Assembly (NCBI GenBank): GCA_012026655.1
Contig: JAAILG010000323.1
Span: 1-64,000 of the forward strand
Direction of reading: 5' to 3'
Source: Hydrolagus affinis
Taxonomy: Eukaryota
Length of the DNA: 64,000 nucleotides
The stretch's first letter is position 1; each line of letters opens with the position of its first letter. The notes under the pieces are model-generated. The model worked only from the letters and a program-made list of their open reading frames with translations. It had not been told where the DNA came from and searched no databases. Positions 35,604 to 46,500 of the stretch are shown here, piece after piece. Both the position numbers and the translations under genes were made by a program.

Positions 35604-37274
35604 GAACAAGAGCTGTAACATTTATTTCTGACTGTATTCTTGCACTAAGAATGGAATCCAGAATTATCATATGTCAAATGTTGTGGCCAAAATACTTGAG
35701 TGAAATTTTAAACTGAGTCTTTATACCCTGCACATGGAAGGCTAGATGGTGTTTGTGGGTGAATGTTTTTGAACAGGCTGCGAGGTCAAGCTGAACCAAT
35801 GTGTACATCTTTCCGCCAACTGAACCCAACTTGGAGTTACTTTATTAAATGCAAACTTTCTAATCCCTTTGAGTATTTACTCTTCACACCTGCACGCTGA
35901 AGGCCTCCAGCACAAATGGTTAAATGTCTTGATGCTGCTGTGAATCCGACTGTCTCAGACAATATTATTTGTAGGGTGGGAGCAGTGATGGGCATGACCT
36001 GGATGAAGTTTACACTCTCTGAATGCTGGTGTAACAAGAGGAGACGCATCATTAAAAGTTTAAAAATGAGATGTTTGTACAGACAAACTAACCAGCAAAG
36101 TTGGAAAACAATACAACAAGATGCATGGGATAGGATGCAACAGGAAAACATAAAGGTTTGGACATTTATGCATTATTAGTTGCTTCTCATTTTTGGAGAG
36201 CAGCTCTCTAGGCTAGAAGGTGGAGCATTCCAGCTCTGATTTGACCAGCCAACCCTCTTCGTTAATTTCCTCCTTTAACTTCCTTCCAAGAAATCTTGAA
36301 ATAGAATAGGTTTCCATTTGTTAAATCTTAAGATTTTTCTCTTCCAACAAAATGGCTACTTGCTCCTCTTCACATCTTTAGGTAAAATAGTAAAGCCCTT
36401 AAAACTTTGGAACTGTTAGTTTATAGATTTTGCTAAGTTCTTGGCAGAAACTGTGTAGGGATAAGATGGTTGGGGATCAGCCGGTATCGATCACAGCTGT
36501 ACACAAAGCACACTCTGCATGTTGTAACTCTTTTAACTTAGTTTTGAGTGAAGGTTAGTTCCAATGATGGGATGAGTGACTGTTGAGTAATAAAGCTAGG
36601 AAGGAATTGCAGGACAGATATTCAAGTCAGATGACATTTTAAACCACAGAAGTATGATATCTTACTGCAAGCTTGACTCTCTTATTTGGTTGGATGTACT
36701 AGACACAGTGGTGTGTATGTAAGTAAACCTCAGTCTGTAATCTGTTCCCTACTGTGTATAATTTGCCAAATGCTGAAAGTGTATCTCAAACACACACACA
36801 CACACATGCAATAAACAAATAAGTAGCACTCATGTGACTGGTATAAGATGGAGTACATTGGAGTACATTGCTAATGGAGTACATTGCTAATTTAATAATT
36901 TGACATGATCTAATAAAGTTCCTGCCTGTATTTTATGGACATGCGACCTCTTTCTTCATAAGGTTGCGTTTTATGGTACTGATGTAACTGGACACTGCAA
37001 AACAACAACCACAAAATTACACTTAATATAGCACCTTTCACATCAGGAGGATGTCCCAAGGCGCTGGAGGTCAATAACTTCTCTAGTTAACTAGATGTTA
37101 AGTAACTGAATCCATCCTATCACTTCCATGGTCATCCAAGTTCACACTAGTGATCCTCACATTACCAGAGTAGTTGGGGCAATTTACCAATGAAGAAATT
37201 CACGGTTTCTCTTTCCAGTCTTGTACAGTTACTGCGGCTGCAAATCATCTGTTTGTCCCCAAGCCTCTGTTCTT

Positions 37275-37457
37275 CAACAGAAATGGCTGGGAACACTCAG
37301 CAGGTCAGGCAGCATCTATGGAGAAAGGAAAAGTGAATCAACGTTTCGGGTCCACAACCTTGGTTCTGTCAAAGGGTCGTGGACCTGAAACATTGACTCA
37401 CTTTTCCTTTCTGCATATATGCTCCCTGACCTGCTGTGTTCCCAGTCATTTCTGTTG
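37275..37457. repeat. Long hairpin (arms about 87 bp, loop about 10 nt), probably Penelope-derived
   Basis: 37275-37361 is an imperfect reverse complement of 37372-37457. Confidence 0.85.
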
Positions 37458-38014
37458 TTGTTTCAGATTTCCAGCATTTGCAGTATTATTTTGCAGGTTT
37501 TTTTCTCCTCTGTTCTTCATCCTGCTTGTGGAAATCACATTGGAGTGACCTGATAATTAGTCACTTTGATTTCACACACTGATCAGCATTTCAGCAGAGT
37601 AAAGATTCAAACTTTAGTCCCACCAACAAACTGCTACTTGGTACTTTAAAACATTTTTTTTTACACACAGTTTTATCCAGAGGAACTCCCATCACAGTTG
37701 CATCCAATTGAGAAAACAGGAATTTGCAAGACTTTAATATATCAATCAACACAACAACATGCACTTATATAGCAGATGTATCGGCAGATTACTACCCAGA
37801 AAGGGAAAAAGCGCATTGATAAGAGAACATGGGGTTCTCCCATCACCCGGATGTTACAAATGCTATGACATGAAAGTGTGATAGATATGTGGAACAACTA
37901 GCAACAACAGGCACATCAATGAATGGTTTTATATAGGTACTGGACATGCTCCTTGATAAAAGGATGTGATAGATGTGTCAAAAGAAACTTTTAGAAAGTT
38001 GAATGAGTTGAAGA

Positions 38015-38280
38015 AGGTTGTGGGTTCAAACCCCGTGTCGGAACTATGAACTCATATCGTCTAGGCTGACACTGCAATGGAATGCTGCGTTACTGGAGGA
38101 GCTGTTCTTCAGAATAAATGTTACACAGAGGTCCTCTCTGTTCAGGGGGGCTTTAAAGATCCTTCGGCACTATTCAAAATGAGAAGGGAGATTCGCCAGT
38201 GTCCTGGCCAACAATCACCCAGATAAAATTGGCCATTCATTTCAGTGCTATTTGTGAGACATTTGCTGTGCACATTGGAG
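38015..38280 (+). mobile_element. Old Deu-domain-type SINE; other copies near 2545-2900(-), 15645-16000(+), 45075-45235(+), 53005-53295(-), 54060-54280(-), 60720-60935(+)
   Basis: TAAAGATCC..GGCACTATTC..AG..GGGAG..CCAGTGTCCTGGCCAA resembles the Deu domain as I recall it from shark/amniote DeuSINEs. Confidence 0.65.
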
Positions 38281-40136
38281 GTCAAAACGTCAGAACACAT
38301 CCAGGGGAGAAACCGAATGTTTACACTTAAATGTAAATCCATTGGTTTCTACTGGCACTTTGGGGGAGGTACCAGTGCTTTTGAGAGACATCTGTACAAA
38401 GGAGGGAATAGTGAAGAGCGCAAAGCTAGCTCAGATAGAGTGAAAACACTGCACCTGACCTCTGCTAAAAGTGTCAGGCAGCAAAACCAAATGAATGCAA
38501 GTAAGATATTAACTGAATTGCTCAAGCTATCTCTTCAAATGTGTCGGCTTTCTCTTGAAAACTAAGGCAAAATTGTGAGTTTAAGGCAAAACTAGTGCTG
38601 TACCAGAAGAAAAAGCAGTGATGTAACATCTTGCATTTGTGCAGTTGGGAATGAGAAAATCTAGAGGGAGCAACATTTATAATAAAAACCTCGGAACCTA
38701 AAGCACAGAAAGAGGATTAGACAGCTTTTCCTCGGGTACTTAGAATTAAGATGCGTCTCGAATGCAGACAAATCACTAGCGCGAAAGCCTTTCACAGCAG
38801 TAGAAATCCAGAAGGCAGTTCACTCGCTGGCCTCTGGGAAATCTCTCGGAGAAGACTGAACTGGATTATACAAATCACCCCGGGAAGTGGCCACAAATAT
38901 GGAGGCTAAGATAAAGTGCATGTTCTCACTAACTCTGTACCAATTCTGCTTGGGTTCAGTTGCTATAGTTTGATGTGCGTTCGAGTAGTATGGGATCTTC
39001 AATAACAAACAGATAAGATCGATTTACTGTCTCATCCACCAGGCGACAGCCCTGATATTAGACTGGAGTGGCTGTCACCCACACCACTCCAATATGGTGC
39101 TTGAACTCACATTCTTCTGTCCCCTAGGTGAGAACACTTAACTGACCCAAGTTGACATCTAACATAGAATCCTTTAAGTACAGTAATTGGAAAAATAGGT
39201 CAGTTACTAAGTGCACATACTTTAAATCATTGGGTAATTAGACTGGGAATGGAGCATTTTACTTCATGCCAGTTTTGATGAGTTTAATATTTAATTAAGC
39301 TCAGCATAGACTTTGTGTCAGTTGGAAGTAACTTAATTAGAGACAGAGGGCACACATTGGACTCAAAACTTGAAGGGTTTATTGAGAAAACTGGAGGGTG
39401 GGTATTCCAGATGGATGAGATCAAATGGGCAACAGGGACTTCTTTATCCAAACTTCTCTTGTGATCTCTTTATAATATCTAATGTTTCACTCACAAACTA
39501 ATGAATATTTCAAATCAGTGTACCAATCAACTGCTTACAGGTAATTAATATTTAATGCCACAGACAAATGTAGTTCTGTATCAGGCACTCTCACTGTTAC
39601 CAAACTAATTAATATTGAAATACAGTGACTTAGTGCTACCCTGAATCATTAAATACTGTTATGCTTGGTAAAAGTCAACATTGGACACATGTGACTTCTG
39701 ATCCAATTTGGAGTATCACATTGTAAGGGTTTATTAAAATTCCAATCTGAAATGTGCTTTATAATATACATTGACGTTGCTGGATGAAATTGCTGTGATG
39801 GATGTTTGGCAACTTTTAGATCTCAAAGCGAGAGGACAGTAGGGTGATAATTGTTCTGCAAGAATGAGATCAAATGGGTTGCAGGCACTTGTTCACTCAA
39901 ATCTCTCTTGTGATCTTGTGGATATTTCTTCAAGAAAGGCAGAAAGGTTTGGGAAACGAAATGGCCCAGTGAGTTTATCGGTTGTTCAACTTTGCTCGTT
40001 AAGTCTCAGTTTACCTTTCGCAGTATCTGGAGAACAGGTAGGAAACAGCTGATTCTTCTGTGTATCACACTCATTCAAAGCACCCTATTTAAGCTACGTC
40101 AAGCAAATGTACGACAGACAGTTCAGGAAACCAGGT

Positions 40137-40148
40137 TTTAATTTTATT
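40137..40148 (-). terminator. Candidate NR2E3 poly(A) signal (AATAAA immediately followed by ATTAAA)
   Basis: Plus strand tttaattttatt about 225 nt after the stop; further AATAAA at 39730 and 39378. Confidence 0.45.
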
Positions 40149-40373
40149 CTACAGAAATATAATCGATATAGAGTAGGTTTAAAAATGCTCAGGATTTCGA
40201 GGATAGATTGGTTGGGAGCACTTGGGGACAGTGAGTCAAAAACTGGTACAGCTGATGTAAAGTGTGGGTGAGACCGAGATAGGTGACTCAGAATGTTTAG
40301 GGGTAAAGACAGCAGGAGGGAAGATGTAAGGGGTTTGTAGGATGGGCTGGAGAGAGACACTACCATAAGAAGT

Positions 40374-40506
40374 TCAGCTCTTGAACATGTCGCAGAGGAG
40401 CTTCTCCATAGGAGTGTTGCCAATGGTTCTGTGGAAGAAGAGAAGCTCGATACGTCCCGAGGACACGAACTGCAGGGAGGGAAGGAGAAGCAGCAGCTTC
40501 CCAAAC
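40374..40506 (-). CDS. NR2E3: NR2E3 exon 8 coding part ([11 protein letters not shown]...[12 protein letters not shown])
   Basis: cccctcag acceptor; AF-2 helix; TGA. Confidence 0.96.
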
Positions 40507-43500
40507 CTGAGGGGGGAAAGACAGACAGAATAAATCAAGACAACCAAATGTAGAAGAGGAGAGGAAAACTGTAAATGTAAAGTGTTAGCTAAAGCTGCAA
40601 CATATTGGACAGTTAACAAGGCGACCAGATGGGCTGAGATTATCTGACCTGATCTCGGTTGAGAGACTTGTAACAGCTTTCGGATCTGAATGAACTTTGT
40701 GTCTATTAGGGATGTTTTTAAGCAGCAAACCTGTGTGATGTTTGATTTGTTTGAGTTGGGACACAAGTTGAATCTCTAAATGTTTTGTGAGATCTAGTGT
40801 TCACCCGGATAATGCTGCTTTGGGCTGGTTTGTTCCTGGATCTGACCAGCTGCTTTGGGGTAATTGCATGTGGCTCTGCAGGTCAGGTAGTGGGTAGGCA
40901 TTCTGTCTCTTTACCTGACGGGCTGGGTGGGGTAGTGTGTTCTGCTGTGCTGTCCCAGCATCACCTGCGACTGATCTTGCAGATTCTCCACCTGTTCCGG
41001 ATCCTTCAAGCCTCGAGTTTCTGAAGAGAGAGCACGGCACAATCAGTACCAACACTGAAGAAGATCATTCATCTTACACTCTCCTTCTCCTCCCTGAATC
41101 TTCACTGTTTGGAAATAAAAAATCATCAAAGTGGTTCCTCCTCCAATTCTTTGTTTAAACCTCAAACCTGTGGAAATCGTCACCTCCCTTACAATCTACA
41201 AGGGTTTAAATCGAAGCTTGGCATTACCTAACGACTATATCTTCATTTATCTGAATACAACAACAACAACAAATTACATTTATAGAGCGCCTTTCACGTC
41301 GGGAGGACGTCCCAAGGCGCTGAATACATATTACAGTGCATGGCAATTCACATTTATTTCGCGCCTTTCATGCCTTGGGGCATCTCAAAGTACTTCACAT
41401 TATCGGATGGGCAAGTCGAGCTGGGGCAAGTAGGAGCTAATTTTCTCTTCACTTTTCAACCTTGGTAATGAACCTTGGTCAGGAGCTTTGGCTTACAGTC
41501 TTGAGTTTTTCAATTGAAGTGATAAACCACACACTTAGGATCAGAATAGAATTGTAACTTAGAATACTGTACTCAGCACTTTATAAAAGATCATTTTATT
41601 AGCCTCATCATCTCTCAGAACAGAGCCAACTCAGACAAATCACACGGAGGCTTCTGCCTCTGTCTTTATTTGGCCAGGTGTTAGGAGATTGTGGAATTGC
41701 TTTCTGGGAGGTATTTTCACTTGTCTGTTGATGGAAAGAAAGGTTTGCTAATCTCTGTAAACTATTACAGTTATACAGAAGCAATTGGCTTCTCACCTGG
41801 TTTGAAGAGTACAACAGCTTTCAGACAAGCAAATTCTGTGGGGTCCACACCAAGACTCTTAAACCGGCTCATAATCTCCTGCAGGATCCGGATGTCTGCT
41901 ATGGTGGAGCTGGTCTTGCCTTGGGGACCGTGAGAGAGCTCAGGCACAGAGAGAAGAGGGCAGCTCTCTAGAGGCAAGGACCATTGGATAGCACAGAGCA
42001 GAAAAAGCTCACTCCAGGCTTCTTCCAGTAAAATCACCTGCAGCAGATCAGGAATTTAGTGAACAGCAAAACCTTGGAGCAACTGACAACAAACAGTAGT
42101 GTGATGAGAAGGAAGGGTAAGATATCAGGAAGTATTCCTTTATGCGGAGGTTCTCAGAGGATAATAACTGGAATGAGTTTCCAGAAAAGTGGTTCCCAGG
42201 CTCCCGGACTTAAGAACAAAATTTAGATCTTGTGATTTATCTTGTGAATAGTTGCAACTGTCAACACTGACCTAAATTTTCTAGCTCTCATCCTTAGCAG
42301 TTGTGCACTAATTTAATTTTGTATATAAGTATTCTACCCAGCATCACTCATGGTCTGAGATTTTCTGGAAGTCTCTCTGTTTGAGCCCATAGTAGTTGTT
42401 CGGTGAGTAATACTACATCAAAGGATCAGATGAGACTGAACTGGTTTTGAGTACATCCACTGGGGAAATACTAAACATTACTCACAAATCATAGTGTTGG
42501 TCAGGCAGTAAAATAGGGATGTCAATGAATGTTACTATGCCTGTTACTATACTATGCCTGTTATTAGTATGTAACCTCTCTGTAAAAACCCTCCAGCAGA
42601 TGACCTTCAGTGCAGTACCTCCCAGGTTGACCTTCTCCCACCCCCCGCTTTACCCATGTCTAATCTTCTGTTGGACTGACCTGATCTCGGAATGGTAGAT
42701 TGGAAAATACTGGCAGGTTTTTGGCCCATTTGACTGCCATGAAGAGGAGCCGGGCGGACGTCTCATACACGTTCTCGGGACTGCTGGGCGGGTACAGTGA
42801 CATCTGATACTCAGAGGAGGGTCTCTCTGGCTCATTGCTCGTCACATCTATGTTCTCATCCACTGGAAACAGTGAGACACAGCAAAAAAGACACTCCCAT
42901 CAACACTCCAAAAAATAATATTCTGTTACTCTACTCAACCTTCCCCCACAAATATACCCAAAGGCTTTGACTGGTGTTTTATCCAGTTGTACAGACATCT
43001 TGACCAAGGTAACTGTTCCTCTTAAATGATCCTGAGGCAGAGGGAGATCACAACCAAGCCCAGTGCTGCTCTCACCCGATGTCCATAATTAGGCGGGGAG
43101 GAAGGGTGATCAGGATTAGGAAATCTGGTTGATTTATTTTTCCCTTAGCCTCTCAGGGGCTGAGTTCAGTTGCATTCCTGACCAACTAACTCAGCACAGA
43201 CCAGGGATCAAACTTACATGATCCATAAATCTCTGTTCCTCCGATAATGGAGGAGCATCTTAAATATTGCTAAAACTTCAAATGATTACAAACCTGCTTG
43301 CCCTCCTGTGTTGATTCAGTCTTACCACATCCAAATACCTTAGTGCAGTCATTGTTTCTTTTGAAGAGAACAGGGTTGACCTTTATGTCAGCAAGTGCTA
43401 CAAACAGCCATGAAGTAAATGATCGATTTAACTGGAGGATTGTTGGCCAAGAGACTGAAACTCCCTACCCTTATTCAAAAGTGTCATGGGAACTTTAATG

Positions 43501-46500
43501 TTTACTAAACAAGTCGATGGGACCACACTCAAACTCCCCCAGCCTTGACTCTCGGATATGTGCTGATGATTCAGTGCTTCTGTGGGCATGCAGTGGTCAG
43601 GCAAGTGTATACTGACCATCTTCTGGCTCCAGTTTGGCACAGGTCTCTGCAGTCATCAGACTGGCCATGAAACGGTGATTCTGTGGGCTGATGGTCCGTT
43701 GGGTGCTGACTGAGCAGGAGACCGGTCGCTGGTTGCTGATGGTGGAGGCGGTGGGTTCCCTTGTCGTGGCAATGTGTTCCTTTTCAACATCGAGCTCTTG
43801 GGTGTCCAGCCGGACCTGGGCTGTGCTGCGGGGCTGTCGTTCGTTCTGAACCGCTAGGGATAATAATAATAATAATAAAACATTGTATTGACATTCGCTT
43901 TACTGAATGTACTGTAACGTGAATTGACTGTATATTTGTGGGTGAAATGCGGCAGGCATTGACACGCGCAGCAATGTCCCCCACAAACAGCCGTGGATTG
44001 AAATGATCAAATCGGTGCCGGGCACGCGAGTGAGCAAAATAAATGAGGCAGAGAAACGGAGAGAGAGAGAGAAACGGAGAGGGGAAGAGAAAGAGAGGGG
44101 GAGAGTGCGGGACAGAAACCGTGAGGGAGAAATGGAAACAGCGAGGTGCACATAAATAGAAGAAATAGTTACCAAAAAAAATTGGAAAAACAGACAGCCA
44201 AAAAAAACAGATCAACTGAAAGTAGTAATAGAGGAGACACTTGAAGCACAGAGTAAATAACAAACAGACACACAGAGGCAGAGATGAGAGGATTACACGT
44301 ACTAAGAACTAAAGAGGCTGAGAAATATAATTCCAAATATGCTGTGACACTGGCGGATACTGACACTCAGAGAGACTGACTCTTGTATTAGCTCTCTCAG
44401 TGGCATACAGAGAACCACACTTCCAAACAAATACTCAAGACACACACTCACACCAACCCTCTGAGAGACATATTGCCACACTGCGAGAGAAAGAGAGAGA
44501 CGCTCACTTGCACACCAACACAATCACCGCATTCACATAACAGTACACTCTTAGAGTTGACACCAACACACTCAGAGGTCCTGACACTTACTCAGACACT
44601 CACCATCTTTGTTCATGCCAGCCTGCAGGCACTTCTTCAATCTGCACGCCTGGCACTGATTGCGATGAGCTTTATCCACTGGACACATGCCTGTACCAGC
44701 TTGACATCTGAGAACAGCCAACACGTAGAGCCAGTCAGGAAATTCATTACAAATTCAACTCCTGAACTGAGATGGCTTGCAATAACAACATTGTATGTGT
44801 CTAGCGCCTTTCACATCAGGAGGACGTCCCAAGGCACTGCAAGGTTCTGGCTGCAAAACTCCACTGAACATGAATAAACTTTTCGACACTTTGAGCAGAC
44901 CTTGAAATTCTGTTTCTTCCCGTCTCGTTCACCCAATTCCCTCGCTTCACTTTGCTTGTACAGTATGAAGTCATTGCTAAGTGTGACTACAGTTAGGAGA
45001 AAGTAGCCTGCATGTGGCAGCTCATGCCAAGTTGGAGAAATATAAATACAATGGAACAACATAGGGTATTGCACTCACAGTATTGACTAAAGTTTTTGTG
45101 CAGGGCTACATTTTCAGTGAAGTCGTCCTTCAGATGAATTGTTAATCCAAGATCCTGTCTGTGTGTGGACGTTAAAGACCTCATGGCAAGTCTCAAAAGA
45201 AGGGAGTTTCTCCCGGTGTCCTTGCCAACCGTTCACTAACAATTCATTACATTAACTTCATAGTTATTTATAGGGCATTTCTGGTTCAAAAGACCTCTGC
45301 ACTTACCCACAAAAGCAATCGCAAACACTTGACAATATATGTGAAGCTTTTTGAGATAACACAGTAAAAGCCCGCTTATCCGGCACCCTCAGGACCTGGC
45401 CAGTGCTGGTTAAAGCGCGTGCCGGATATTCGGCCGAACACACAAAAGAAAAATCCCCCAAAAAATGCATTATTCCGGATAAATTCCGGGTAATCGAATG
45501 CAGACTTTTTTTTGAGATGCCGGTTATACGGAAGTTAGGGTTGATCGGGTGCCTTGCATGTGATGTAGCGCTGTTTGGATATGAGGCACTATGATAATAC
45601 AAGTTCTTTCTTTAACAGTTGGATAATTAATTTAATATGTTTGGAGTAAATGGGATTTAACCTTTCACTATATTTATTGAAGATATAGGATTCAAGATTT
45701 CACATGATTACATTTATTTATCTGAATATATCTTAATTTTAAAACAGTTTAGATATTACTGAAACAGTGTGAGTAAAAATCAGTATGATCTCATTAACCT
45801 GATTTGCTTGTGCATTTTTTCTTATCTTAATTTTAAACACTAATTTCAAGGACACATTCAGAAGAGTGAAGGTTAACAGACAGTTCAGCTTCAATTACTT
45901 TACATGTAGAATGGAGAATATGTGGCAGGGAAGCTGTGGAGGCAGATTATTTTGTACATTTAAGAAGGAATTGGAAATCTATTTAGTGTAGAATGCATCG
46001 CTGTGAGAAATGTGGAGTCCTTTGTGGAGTTATAGCTCAGTGCTTAGAGCACTTGCCTTACAAGCGAGAGACCTGTGTTCAAATCCAAGCAGGTCAGGGC
46101 GAAACCTTGGGCAAGTTTCCTTACTCTACATGCCTAATAATAATCCATCCCCCAAAAATTGGTCATTTCAATCCATGACTGTTTGGAGAATACTGCTGTG
46201 TGCAATTGGCTGCCGCATTTTGCACATAAATATGCAGTCAATCCACGTTACAGTATATTCTGTGAAACACTCTGAAACGTCTAGAAGACGTGAAAAGCAC
46301 TATATCAAATGCAAGGATTATTATTAACTGAGACATTGTAGTGTTCCTGAAATCCAATTGCTAGTTTTAGTGTGTGTTTAAACTTTCAAATCCTCTCTGT
46401 TGATTGTTTGATACATTTTTATTTGGAATAATCATTTTTTTGGAATGATTTGTTTCTCAAGACGTACTATCGTGAAGTCCTGGAGCTCAGTGATTGGAGC

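Noticed and set aside
36849-36890. Short tandem duplications (GGAGTACATTG here; others near 6157, 42532, 47018, 55508)
   Set aside because: Ordinary slippage duplications.
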